A program made the position numbers and the translations under genes. This document shows positions 53,910 to 64,000 of a stretch of DNA of 64,000 nt, in pieces. Under the pieces are notes generated by a model. The model did not search any database. It was not told where the DNA came from and saw only the letters and a program-made list of their open reading frames with translations. The DNA comes from Naegleria gruberi (taxonomy: Eukaryota), in the NCBI GenBank assembly GCA_000004985.1, contig GG738890.1; one strand, given 5' to 3'. Each line of letters begins with the position of its first letter. Position 1 is the first letter of the stretch.

Positions 53910-55173
53910 TTAATAAACAGCTTCTCCAGCATAAACTTGATTCTCAATTCCACCCTCTCCTTGAGCAATTTTGAAATATCCAGACATTCCCCAATTTGGA
54001 CCCCATGAATTGGCAGCTAACCAATAATTAGAACCTCCCTCAACTCCAAATCCAATTAAGGCAACAGCATGTCCACCAAGAACTGTGTTTTCAATGTGTT
54101 TATAGACACCAGACTTGTAACTATAGAAAAACAAAATTAGAATATTTGAAAAACTATAATTCAACTCACCCTGTAAGATCCCTGTAGACTGTGAAACCAG
54201 CTTGTACGCTGCCATATGTCATGATTGCAGTCTTGATATTATTGATACCTGAAATATAAACAGTATTTTTGGCCTTATACTTGCTCATGGACATGGAAGC
54301 AATCTTGCATTGAGTTGGACAAGTTCCAGAGGAGAAGGTTCCTCTTCCACTAGCATATGGAATACAACTGTCAAGTGGTGTTCCAGTATTTTCCAAAAAT
54401 GTCCAAGAATATTTCAAATAACCTCCTTGACAGGCCTTATTCATTGTATCGCATTGAACTTGATATTCTGGTGAGAGGACAACATTGGTTTGACCATTGG
54501 TGGCAATGCACAATCTATGAGCCAATACATAATTTGCAGCTATTAGTTTTAAAAATTACCAAAAAGGAAATTTAAAATGTTGAAATTATAAAAAGTAGAG
54601 AAATTAATAAATGAAATTGTAAAACTTAAAAAACTTACAGAAAGCCCAACAAGCACCACATGTTTGTTGATCTCTAATTGCTGGAACGCATCCTTTCCAT
54701 TGAGTTCTTGCATCGAAATTCATTGGAATATCAATTCTTGTTTCAATATTTGCCATTCTTGGAGTGTCTTCATCAGAGCTCATCAATGAAAGACCAAATA
54801 GATTATCTCTAAGTTGTGAAATGGTCATATTATCAAATCTAGAGTATTCAGTTGCCTTCCATCCATGAGTATGATTGGAATTAATTCTATCAATCAAAGA
54901 TTTGTCATTGACAGGAGTGTTGGCATGAGTGTGATTAGCAATTGGATGAGTTGGATGAACAGGATGAGTGCTATTGTGCTTTGGTGGCATTGGTTTCTTA
55001 TTGTTTCCTTTGGAAAGTTCAATTGGAGTGACCATTGTCAACATGAAGGTGAATAATACGAAACAGACAATGCAACTGAGAACAAGGAATGTATTAGAAG
55101 ACTTTCTTCTAGTAGTAGCAAATGATTTGTTTGAATTGTTATTCATTTTGTTTTTTGTTATTGATTCAAACAT
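53910..55173 (-). CDS. Cathepsin B-like cysteine protease with an N-terminal signal-anchor, 3 exons (55173..~54639, 54539..54170, 54120..53910; introns GTAAGT...AATAG of ~99 nt and GTGAGT...CTATAG of 49 nt)
   Basis: [10 protein letters not shown] (catalytic Cys), ...[13 protein letters not shown]...GGY, occluding-loop region, [11 protein letters not shown] (catalytic His), [14 protein letters not shown]. Exon junctions restore CWAF|S|ANYVL and RDLTG|YKSGVY. The printed sequence and ORF track differ by 1 nt near 54600, so junctions are +/-1. Confidence 0.75.
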
Positions 55174-55802
55174 TCACACTTTGCATTCCACTATTTATTC
55201 GAAACCTAAAAGACCGCAAGAGATAATGAAAATAATAATGAAAATACCCCTCATTACCCAAGAGCAGGTATTATTGTTCCTAATGGGAATGGTTTTCTCT
55301 TAAACTTGTTGTTGGAAACTCTTCAAGTTGCGAAGAGATAATGTTTCGTCCCAAATTGTTCATCAGATAACATTCCAATAAAGAAAACCATTTTCCAAAT
55401 GACAAGATTCAGATAACAAATCATTACAAATCAACAATATTCAATATAATGTTGTTAAAAAACAACTTACAATGCATCTGTGTTATCCACATTTTTTGAA
55501 AATGCAAAAAATCGAATACCAAAAAGCTTCATTTCTAGAAGAGGAAAGTGACAAATTTGTATTGTGGATTTGTTGTCCAATAGCATCCAATTTTTTTTTT
55601 ATTAATTGAGAATAGCCGATTGAGTATCTTATCTAATGAAATTGTAAGGGAAAATCAATGAAGGAGAATATGCACCAACTTGATTCAATCTCTTTAATTT
55701 AATCTTGATTTTATCTAAATTGCAAACTCTCAATGATATTTTCAAATTGTTCCAAGGTTCAGTAATTAATATAGGATTTATTAGAATGAATTCCATTACT
55801 AT

Positions 55803-56441
55803 TTATTGTTGTCCTGAAACAGCTTTCCATGCAGGTCTTGTTGAAATCTTTTCCCACCAAGCTTTAACAAGTGGACGATCCAACAATAAATTACCCAATC
55901 CAATAGCGAACAACAAGTTTCCATATGGTAAGTGATACAAATCGGCTAAGGTGAATTGATTTCCACCAATGAATTCTTGTTTAGCCAACACTCTTTCATA
56001 GGCATCCAAATTGAGTGCTAACTTTTCACTCAATTGTTTGACACGAGTTTCATCTGCAGCTCCATATCCCATCATGCCCTTAAATAACTTTTCGAAAACT
56101 AAACCAGAGGCATTTGAATCAAAGTAAGCAGTCTCAATGGAAGCACCTTGTTCGAATAGACCCAAAGCTTTGAGCTCGGTTGGAATGAGTTCAGTTCCTT
56201 GGCTCTTATGTTTGGCTTCCAAGTAACGACAGATGGCACGAGATTCATAGATCAAGAAACCATCATCTTCCAAGACTGGAATGACACCAAATGGATGTTT
56301 TTCCAAGTAGGATGGTGACTTGTGTTCGCCCTTCATTAAATCAACAGGAACAAGCTCATATTCCAAACCTTTCTCCTTAATTGTGGTCAAAACACGTTGA
56401 ACACAAGTAGATTGAGCAGCACCATAAATTTTGTAGACCAT
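55803..56441 (-). CDS. Glutathione S-transferase
   Basis: N-terminal thioredoxin-like domain with ESRAICRYL and a C-terminal helical domain. 212 aa. Confidence 0.85.
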   Translation of the reverse strand: MVYKIYGAAQSTCVQRVLTTIKEKGLEYELVPVDLMKGEHKSPSYLEKHPFGVIPVLEDDGFLIYESRAICRYLEAKHKSQGTELIPTELKALGLFEQGASIETAYFDSNASGLVFEKLFKGMMGYGAADETRVKQLSEKLALNLDAYERVLAKQEFIGGNQFTLADLYHLPYGNLLFAIGLGNLLLDRPLVKAWWEKISTRPAWKAVSGQQ

Positions 56442-56675
56442 TTTGTTATTTGTTAATAGTATATAATACAGTTAAGTTGTTTTTTTGTGATTGAAAATGC
56501 ATAATCGTTAGTGTGCCATTTATGGTGGATTCTGTACCGAAACCAAAGCGCTGCCGTGAGCACTAATTATTGATCTGTGGAATTTGCGCAAGAAATGGTT
56601 GCCATTTCATCCTCTTGGAAACTTCACAATCTGTCATTAAGAGAATGATTTTATGTATTTCAAAGCATTGCAATT

Positions 56676-56726
56676 TCAGAAATTTCAGGTGAAGTGATTA
56701 ATATTTCACAATTTAAGAAAGAGAAT
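56676..56726 (+). promoter_or_regulatory. Conserved 5S upstream element, copy 2
   Basis: ttcagaaatttcaggtgaagtgattaatatttcacaatttaagaaagagaatgg. Confidence 0.35.
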
Positions 56727-56846
56727 GGCTACGGCCATATCACGATGAATGCACCTCATCCCGTCCGATTTGAGAAGTTAAGCATCGTCGAGCCACATCA
56801 GTACTGAGGTTGGAGACAACTTGGGAACCTGTGGTGCTGTAGTCTT
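56727..56846 (+). rRNA. 5S rRNA gene, copy 2
   Basis: Identical to 43476..43595 over 120 nt, followed by TTTT. Confidence 0.9.
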
Positions 56847-57011
56847 TTACTTATCAATATTGCTTATTGGTCAATCGTCCAGTTGCTTCTCTCATTCTTT
56901 CCATTATTCCAAACAAAGTGTTAACCACTGATAAAACTGCTCCATCATCAATAATGATCAATTAAGATTTGCTACATGTTCAAAATAAATGACATTATTA
57001 TTTATTAAAAT

Positions 57012-57019
57012 ACCACAAA
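57012..57019 (+). promoter_or_regulatory. DUSE-like motif about 70 nt upstream of U2
   Basis: TACCACAAA, compared with the dictyostelid upstream sequence element [AT]CCCA[CT]AA, which sits about 60 nt upstream of ncRNA genes. One mismatch. Confidence 0.3.
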
Positions 57020-57087
57020 CATTTTGCCATTCTTCACTCTAGAACAAACAGAATAAAAACAATGTTCCTTATGCAATTCTGAAAACC

Positions 57088-57274
57088 ATCTTTCTCGGCC
57101 AATTGGCTTTGATCGAGTGTAGTATCTGTTCTTTTCAGTTTAATAGCTGAAAGCAGCCCACGGGTTGCATTACTATTAACTCAATTTTTTGTAGGGATCA
57201 GGGTTTGAGCTTGATTGCTCACTTTGATTGGTTTCAATCAGACATTGCACAAACCGTCAGATTAGGAGCCACCC
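57088..57274 (+). ncRNA. U2 spliceosomal snRNA
   Basis: AUCUUUCUCGGCCAAUUGGCUUUGAUCGAGUGUAGUAUCUGUUCUUUUCAGUUUAAUAGCUGA... aligns to metazoan U2 (AUCGCUUCUCGGCCUUUUGGCUAAGAUCAAGUGUAGUAUCUGUUCUUAUCAGUUUAAUAUCUGA), including the branch-point-pairing GUAGUA. Sm site AAUUUUUUGUAGG. 3' end ...GGAGCCACCC. 187 nt. Confidence 0.85.
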
Positions 57275-57621
57275 AACTCTTTTAATTAATTGAAAAATCA
57301 TTGAACAAAGACAATCTCAATCAGAGTAAAATTGAGCTTTTTACAAATTCCGAGCATGTATGATGACGAAGATATAGTAAGCATGCTGAGGGACTCAAAA
57401 CAGTCATTGATTGGTGTTGATATTGAACAATTTCTTGTCGACATTTGAATGCAGTTGGCAAGTGCGAAAAGGAAAATGAGAAGTGGAACGATTTCAAGAA
57501 TGAATTATTTGATTAATTGAAAGTAGAAACAATTAGGAAATTGATGTTGTTTTTTGTTCTCCTTCATAACATAACTATTGGGATTAGCAACACTTAAAAG
57601 CTATTGAGAGGATGCAAAAGT

Positions 57622-57694
57622 TGGGGTCTGTGAGGATCGAACTCACGACCTTAGGATTATGAGACCTACGCGCTACCGACTGCGCCAAGACCCC
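57622..57694 (-). tRNA. tRNA-Met (anticodon CAT), elongator type
   Basis: Reverse complement gives GGGGTCT-TG-GCGC-AGTCGGTA-GCGC-G-TAGGT-CTCATAA-TCCTA-AGGTC-GTGAG-TTCGATC-CTCAC-AGACCCC-A. Confidence 0.9.
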
Positions 57695-57797
57695 GACACA
57701 TTATAAACCTTTTACAGTTTCTTCATTAACCTTAACTGAGTTCCTAGGTTTACCTAATAGGAACAGTTTTCTTTTGTTCATATTCAATTCGAAAAAA

Positions 57798-58943
57798 ATG
57801 TTACAACAAACAGAAGAAACAATTGATGAAAAATTAAGATCAAATACAACAACAAATTGGAAAGACATTCCACTGGAAGTGTGGACTCATCACATTTGGT
57901 CGTTTCTTCACCTTCCAGAACTTTTTTCCATTCGTCTAGTTTCTCACGAATGGAACGATTTTTTATTGCATCACGCAAGAGATTATTTGCTTCACGTTAA
58001 ATTAAATCGGATTCATATGCCTTCTTTTTTAATTTGTTGCAAACATTTGTATTTTAATAATATTGGAAAATTGGATATGAAATTTATAGAGTACGCTCTT
58101 GAGCCGAAACATCAAAAACCACTTGACGAAACTGAAAGAAAGGAAATTGCAGAAAGTTTTAATCCCTTAGAATATTTTCCAAATCTTTCCAGTTTGAAAC
58201 TAACTCTTACTGATGTGAAATCATTGGAAACTGTTTCTCCCCAAATTGCAAATATGAAATATCTCAATGATTTGGATATTAGATCAAATTTAATGACAAA
58301 CAAGTGTTTGAATACAATTCTAACACAACCTGTAACTTTAATGAGTTTAACTAGATTGGATGTTTCTGTGAATGTGTTGGGAACATCTTGTGTCGAATTT
58401 ATCAATTCAAATCCTCATCTCTCCAATCTGAAATATCTTAATATGAGTAATAATCAGTTGCTTTTATTCCATACTAAGGTTGAGAGTGTATTCAAAGACA
58501 CTTTGGAAGAGCTCTATGTCTCTGATTGCTCCCTCAATATAGAATCTATGAAGAATATTTTGGTGAGCTATCCAAAGTTGACTACATTGGATTTTAGTTT
58601 CAACAAGCTTGAAAAAATCAAAAATTTATATCAATCTATTCAATTAGAAAACGATACAGAAAAATACTGCAAACTTATTCGATTAAACATGTCAGGATCC
58701 AAATTAAGAAATGATCAATTGGAATATATTGCCAAGATTCCAATCTTTTCAGAATTGAGAATTCTAGATTTGAGTAGAAACAGAATCAACAAATTAGGAA
58801 CTGAAAAACTAGCTGACGAATCAATTAGTGTCTTGTCCAAAGTTGAATATCTGGATTTGAGTCGTTGTGGAATTGGAAAAGAAGGTGCACAAAATATTCG
58901 ACAAAGTTCAATATTTTCCTCTCTAAAATTATTAATTGAATAA
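57798..58943 (+). CDS. F-box-like / LRR (ribonuclease-inhibitor-type) protein
   Basis: IPLEVWTHHIWSFLHLPELFSIRLVSHEWNDF, then LRRs (LDLSRNRINKLGTEKL...LDLSRCGIGKEGAQNI). The track start is TTG; the true start is the aaaaaaATG at 57798. Confidence 0.6.
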   Translation: MLQQTEETIDEKLRSNTTTNWKDIPLEVWTHHIWSFLHLPELFSIRLVSHEWNDFLLHHARDYLLHVKLNRIHMPSFLICCKHLYFNNIGKLDMKFIEYALEPKHQKPLDETERKEIAESFNPLEYFPNLSSLKLTLTDVKSLETVSPQIANMKYLNDLDIRSNLMTNKCLNTILTQPVTLMSLTRLDVSVNVLGTSCVEFINSNPHLSNLKYLNMSNNQLLLFHTKVESVFKDTLEELYVSDCSLNIESMKNILVSYPKLTTLDFSFNKLEKIKNLYQSIQLENDTEKYCKLIRLNMSGSKLRNDQLEYIAKIPIFSELRILDLSRNRINKLGTEKLADESISVLSKVEYLDLSRCGIGKEGAQNIRQSSIFSSLKLLIE

Positions 58944-59043
58944 ACACTCATTATTCTAATACTTTGAAAAAGATGAATTTGATCAAGTGGGAGTTGTTAA
59001 CTTTTTGTAAACTGTCAATAACAAACAAGCAACGTTTAAAAAA

Positions 59044-60246
59044 ATGCAACAACAAGATGATATGGAACCCTTCGCTTCCGAACGTAAAGAAAAACTCCTC
59101 TCTGAATCACTCTACGATGTCGAACAATGGGCAAATGAATTAATTGATCCGAATACTCAAAAACGATTGACTCCGAGAACTTTCTTCTTGGATCTTTCCA
59201 TAGAGGAAGGTACTGCAATTTATCATACATTTCAGCAGTTTGTTCTTCATCATCGGAATAAATTTACTTCCACTGATGAGAAGGCTATGAAAAATTTGGA
59301 AGGAAGAATTGCTGATTTTCTGAAGGAACATTTTGATGGAAAGAGAGTGTTTTGTAGATTGTCAACGAGAAGTCCGAAAGATGCTAGTTTGTTCGAAGGT
59401 TCTCATTCGTATGAGGTAACTAAGGAAATTATGAGAAAGCAATGGATTAGGAATTTTTATTTGAATAGAAGGAAAACAATGAAAGAGGATCAATCCTTTG
59501 TTTATACGAATGAGGTTGAAGATTTTGAAAATTATGTAAAGAATGAAATGAAATACTATGAGGAGTATTTGATTTTTATGAAAGCATCTCAACAATCTCT
59601 ATCAGTTTCGAATGAAAAGGAAGTTTTGGATGTATTAACTCATTCTGAGAGAGTACTCAGAGATTTGGTGAGAGCATTGGATTTTCCATCAGTGTACAAT
59701 ATGAAGTTAATTTTTAGAGAGTGGTGTCCAGAGCTGTCTTACGAATATGAATTTAGAGGATTTATTCACGATTTTGAATTGATGGGTTTAACACAATACG
59801 ATAATTCATTCAAAATTGATGATTTGATTAATAATAAGGATGAAATTGCTCAATCAATATTGAATTACTACAATACCACTGTTAAGCCATTATTAATATC
59901 CAAATCCAATGACCCCAATTCTGCAATTTCAAAGTGGAATGGAAGAGTGATTATGGATTTTGCCATTCTACAACCAAGTAAGGAAGTTATCATTGTTGAA
60001 TGTAATCCATTCAATGATGGAACAGGCGCATCACTATTCGAGGTTGACAGATCCTTAATTGTTGAAAATTACTCAAAAACTAATCAATTAGATTTTAGAG
60101 TTGTAACAAATGAGTTGTACAATGAAATTCTCTCTCATGGCACTCATGTTTGGGAGAGTATCTTCTCCTCAACAAGAGAGCAAATATTGAAAGAAACCAA
60201 ACAACAAGCTCAACAACCATCCTCCTTCTTATGTAACATTTTATAA
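59044..60246 (+). CDS. cdc123: Cell division cycle protein 123 (D123 family)
   Basis: RLSTRSPKDA (vs KLNWSAPRDA), REWCPELSYEYEFRGFIHDFELMGLTQYD (vs [28 protein letters not shown]), IMDFAILQPSKEVIIVECNPF. Confidence 0.8.
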   Translation: MQQQDDMEPFASERKEKLLSESLYDVEQWANELIDPNTQKRLTPRTFFLDLSIEEGTAIYHTFQQFVLHHRNKFTSTDEKAMKNLEGRIADFLKEHFDGKRVFCRLSTRSPKDASLFEGSHSYEVTKEIMRKQWIRNFYLNRRKTMKEDQSFVYTNEVEDFENYVKNEMKYYEEYLIFMKASQQSLSVSNEKEVLDVLTHSERVLRDLVRALDFPSVYNMKLIFREWCPELSYEYEFRGFIHDFELMGLTQYDNSFKIDDLINNKDEIAQSILNYYNTTVKPLLISKSNDPNSAISKWNGRVIMDFAILQPSKEVIIVECNPFNDGTGASLFEVDRSLIVENYSKTNQLDFRVVTNELYNEILSHGTHVWESIFSSTREQILKETKQQAQQPSSFLCNIL

Positions 60247-60438
60247 ATTAGACTAAACGATTGTTACATTGACAGTTAAATAGTTTATTTTTCATTCTAA
60301 TTGGCTTTATCGAATAATAATTCATTTCTAACTGAATTACAAAACTGTTCAAAACAACCACTCAATCAATAAGTACTATTTTAGATCAATTTCGTTCAAT
60401 TTTAATTGACAGGAGGTTACATCAACTCAACCAAAAAA

Positions 60439-61819
60439 ATGGGTAACCAACAAACAGCACAACTCAAGTCAAGAGCATTGTCTTCCAATAAGATTCTCCT
60501 TGTTGCAAAGGGAATTTATGCGATTGATGTACCAGAAATTACAAACAAGCAAATGTTGCTTGCCTTGAAGGAAGGTGCACCAAAATTAATCAAGTTACAA
60601 ATTCACTTGAGGGATCAAGGTATGTGTTTTTGTTCCCTAAACCTATCTAAATATGTATTTTGATGTTATTATTGTCGTTGTCGTTGTTTATTGGTGTGGT
60701 GTTCAATTGATGAATTAATTATTCTTGTGTTGTGGAAATTTACTGTAAAAAATTGTGATGATGTGATGATGATTTTAATGTGATTATATTGTTGTGTATT
60801 TGTGAATGTTGATGATAATGTTGGTAATTTATGCTTGATGATGATGATACGGAATGTGTTTAATAATATTAATATTTTGTATAAATACATAATAATAATA
60901 ATAATATTTAGATAATGAAATTATTCCTAGCAATCCACCAACAGTTCAACATCCACAATTTACCTTCCCATTGTCTAATGATTTATCATTCTCTTTCAAT
61001 GATTATCACTTATTCTTGCCAAACTTGGAAAATTTGGCTTCATTGAGTATTGTTGCTACTCTCGAAGTTCCTCTCTCACAAGAAGAACAACAATCCTCTC
61101 TCACTAGTGTCTTGAGTATTATTGGAGCTGCATCGGATGTGAATCAAGTTCATTTGGGAGAGTGCATTCTCGATTTGAGAACTATTAGAAAACGTGATGT
61201 TTACAATAGTGTCACACTTTCATTGATTAGAAATAACAAGGTTGCTGGTAAAATTGATGTACAAATTGTTAAACCAGGTTTGAAAATTGATATTTTGGAA
61301 TTACAAAATTCAATTGTTTCCTATGAACACATGAATGGAGTTACAATTAATGAAACTAATTTATTCTTCAAGGCATTTGATAGATTTGTTGAACAAACTT
61401 CAGATGTTCAAGAATGTAGAAAAGCCAAAATGAAAGTTGAATTATCTGCCCAACAATGGATCAATTTTCATAGTGAAGAACGTATCTCAGTTGTTTCTAT
61501 TGACACATGTCACACCAAGAGCAGTTCTGGATATGAAATGTACTCATGCAATGTTTGGTACAAGTACAGATATGAATTCCTTCAAGAAACTCATCAATTA
61601 GAACAAGAAAAGGAAGCAAGACTCTTAAAGGAAGCTGAAGAAGCCAAAAAGAAATTGAAGCCAGAAGAAGTTGAAGATGATTTAACTGATTCAGAGGCAT
61701 CTGTTGATGATTCACCAACCAAGACCACAACTGAGACAACAACAACAACTAATACCACTGAACAAGCTGATACTGCCACAACCAGTACTACAGAAACACA
61801 AGAAGAAAAGAAGGAATAA
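60439..61819 (+). CDS. Hypothetical N-terminal-MG protein, 2 exons (60439..~60620 and ~60945..61819) with a 325-nt repeat-rich intron
   Basis: Exon 1 ends ...HLRDQ(G)|GTATGT. The downstream long ORF starts at TTG, but its frame is open from 60905. Acceptors lie at 60910 (tttag) or 60944 (cag); the latter fits a phase-1 donor. The intron is full of (TGA)n/(GTTGTC)n microsatellite. Confidence 0.45.
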
Positions 61820-62654
61820 AGTATTGATCTTTAAGGTGCAATATTCTCCCTCATATTTGAATCAATTTATTAAGGAAGAGAACTTGTATATCGGACTTTG
61901 AAGCCCTCTCATCTATATCTCCATTACATCTTCTTAGTTACTCGGCTCTTCAATACTAGTCAGCATTCACATCCTCACACAGAGTGTTGCTTTACAAACG
62001 TGTCAGGCTATTGAGAATCCAAATCACTTCTAATTGTTACTCAAAAATGTTTCAAATTGGAACTTACCAAGAAACGAGTGTATGTATTACGGAGCAATCA
62101 CAATTAAAAAACATTGAAAAAATCATCTGTGTAGTCTTCTGTATTATTATCCACCAGACCATCATCAGATAATTATCATCTACGAAAGAAAAAAACGTGA
62201 GGTAGTGGTGAAATATCAAGAGTTTGTTACTAACAATTTTTAGCAAGAACAACAACAACGGAAAGACGTTAGATTGGAATCAGAAGACAAAAATTTAAAA
62301 AAAGATTTTTAAAGTTGTGTTGCTCTCACTCTCCCTAACTCTCTCAAATATTGTTGGTCTGATTATTTTCTGATAACAGCAAGATAATAACAGGCAACAA
62401 AACATCTAACAATATATATTATCTACGTGAGGAATTTTGTGGCTGGATTTATTTTGATGCAAACATATTCTGATCAAATTAGAATACTACAACAATAAGA
62501 GCAATTATTCCCTCTGTCTCTTTGATCATCATTATTATCCAGTGTGATTGATTAATGGATTTTTTAGATTATATAGGCTTTTCAACAAAAGACAATCAAA
62601 TACCGAATGTGTTAGTATCATAATTATTTCAATTATTTTGACCTTTGCAGAGCA

Positions 62655-64000
62655 ATGAAAGGAATAGATTTTTCTGAAACAACAACTCCAGTATGGCTTT
62701 TAGGCTTGGAGTATCAACCTTTTCTTGTTTGCTCTGATGAGCAAAATGGAGCCATGTTACAAAGTAGTTTTATGGCTACAACAACAACAAATTCATCATT
62801 AACATTTTCTACGGACAATCCTAACCCTGTAAATCATCAAGCCTTCTCCTCAAATACATCATCTTCAGCCAATGATGAAAGTTCTCCTAAAACACCCTCC
62901 AAAATCGGATCATTCTTCAAATCAAAGAAATCAAAGAAAAATTACACTGATAGCGAATTGGTGAAAATCTACCAGAACAAGTTGCAATTAGAGAGTTTCA
63001 TGTTAGATTTTGAATCGAGGTTTTGGTTTTCCTACAGAAAGGAATTTGAACCAATTTCTAACAATCCTCTTGTGATTGAGCCATTACCAGGTGGACCTTC
63101 TGATACATTCTCCTACTTGGGAAGTAATAGTAGTAATGGAGGTGGTAATGGTGGACTTTTGAGTAGTCAAGGATCACTTTTGAGTTCTGGAACAAGTAAC
63201 AATGAGGATATTCCTTTTTACAATGGCTCTCCATCACAATACTATAATAATGGTACCAACAGCAACAATAATAGTTTTTCCAAATCGAATTCAGCCTCTT
63301 CCTTGAGTAAGCTGTATAGATATGTAATTAATTATGCTTCTCTGACATCAGATACTGGTTGGGGTTGTATGATGAGATCAGGTCAAATGCTATTGGGTCA
63401 GGCTTTTTTAACACACTATTTAGGGAGAGACTTTAGACTGCCTATCAATGACAAGACAAGAAATATGTATGAAATCATTAGATCATGGTTCTTTGATACA
63501 GAATCTGCCTATTATTCAATTCATAGAATTGCTCGTGCAGGAACATTTTTCGGAAAGAAAGTTGGTGAATGGTTTGGTCCATCCACAATATCATATGTCT
63601 TAAAGTTACTTGTTGAGCAACATTTGAAGGGAGAATTCATTTTGCACGTATCGGAACAAGGAGGAATTTACAAGGATGAAATACTTGCTAAATGTGAATA
63701 TGATTTTGAGGAATTTTCGATAGATGTCAATAATATCCAAAAGGAGAATACTACCTCTTCCTATCCACAAATCGAATGCATTGGACCAAGGATAAAGACA
63801 ACTAAAAAATGGAAACCTCTCATCATGGTCATTCCATTAAGACTCGGACTTGAAACATTTAACACTGATTACATTCCATCCATTCAGAAAGTTTTTGAAA
63901 TGCCACAGACACTCGGTATCATGGGAGGAAAACCAAAGTCTTCCCTCTATTTCATTGGATATCAAGACAATGAGGTTATTTACTTGGATCCACACACGAC
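62655..64000 (+). CDS. atg4: Autophagy cysteine protease ATG4 (peptidase C54), 3'-truncated by the window end
   Basis: ATG at 62655 with the frame open to the last base. WLLGLEY, FESRFWFSYRKEFEPI, catalytic TSDTGWGCMMRSGQMLLGQA, YFIGYQDNEVIYLDPHT. Not in the ORF track because it has no stop. Confidence 0.8.
   Translation, partial: MKGIDFSETTTPVWLLGLEYQPFLVCSDEQNGAMLQSSFMATTTTNSSLTFSTDNPNPVNHQAFSSNTSSSANDESSPKTPSKIGSFFKSKKSKKNYTDSELVKIYQNKLQLESFMLDFESRFWFSYRKEFEPISNNPLVIEPLPGGPSDTFSYLGSNSSNGGGNGGLLSSQGSLLSSGTSNNEDIPFYNGSPSQYYNNGTNSNNNSFSKSNSASSLSKLYRYVINYASLTSDTGWGCMMRSGQMLLGQAFLTHYLGRDFRLPINDKTRNMYEIIRSWFFDTESAYYSIHRIARAGTFFGKKVGEWFGPSTISYVLKLLVEQHLKGEFILHVSEQGGIYKDEILAKCEYDFEEFSIDVNNIQKENTTSSYPQIECIGPRIKTTKKWKPLIMVIPLRLGLETFNTDYIPSIQKVFEMPQTLGIMGGKPKSSLYFIGYQDNEVIYLDPHT

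Noticed and set aside
54600-54640. 1-nt disagreement between my hand count of the printed line and the ORF-track coordinates for the cathepsin exon-1 end
   Set aside because: Other ORFs on both sides agree with the track, so I used the track's frame and marked the junctions as +/-1 rather than inferring a frameshift.
56480-56640. Possible U6 snRNA on the minus strand (GTGCTCACGGCAGCGC resembles the U6 5' stem-loop)
   Set aside because: The invariant ACAGAGA and AGCAUGGCCCCUGCGCAAGGAUGACACGCA motifs are absent.
57180-57192. T6 run first read as a Pol III terminator
   Set aside because: It is the Sm-binding site (AAUUUUUUGUAGG) inside the U2 snRNA. The RNA continues another 85 nt to ...GGAGCCACCC.

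Overview
This is an AT-rich (about 70% AT in coding, >80% in intergenic), gene-dense nuclear window typical of a dictyostelid social amoeba: A/T-rich codons, aaaATG starts, poly-N/Q/T tracts, short GTAAGT...AG introns. It carries about 40 protein-coding genes, mostly with one or no intron. Recognisable housekeeping genes are GMP synthase, OLA1/YchF, threonyl-tRNA synthetase, Cdc123, ATG4, a Nup62-type FG nucleoporin, a cytochrome P450, a GST, a cathepsin B-like protease, a GNAT acetyltransferase, a HAD hydrolase and a 4xCBS protein. There are also many lineage-type genes: seven F-box-like proteins, three TM-ectodomain-TM-RGS paralogs, secreted/GPI-like proteins and a giant coiled-coil protein. 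A dispersed RNA-gene set is present: two identical chromosomal 5S rRNA genes, a U2 snRNA gene, three tRNA-Met(CAT) copies (one split by a 53-nt D-loop insertion), tRNA-Leu(AAG) with an 11-nt intron, and tRNA-Val(AAC). Things worth a second look: (1) the 5' end of the window is the 3' end of a tyrosine-recombinase element, ending in a 49-bp / 625-bp / 49-bp split direct repeat as in Ngaro/PAT-type DIRS-like retroelements; (2) a 520-nt intron of an ankyrin gene built from about ten tandem ~48-nt units, each starting GTAAGT and ending AG; (3) a Thr/Asn-rich repeat protein gene whose reading frame only holds if two 38-44 nt introns with identical donor context are spliced; (4) a bacterial-type xanthine phosphoribosyltransferase and a DUF4037-like nucleotidyltransferase as HGT candidates; (5) the 5S-U2-tRNA-Met cluster, which sits on the chromosome rather than the extrachromosomal rDNA palindrome. 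Coordinates of splice junctions are my own hand reading of frames and may be off by 1-2 nt. The ORF track uses alternative starts (TTG/GTG), so I moved several starts to the first plausible ATG.
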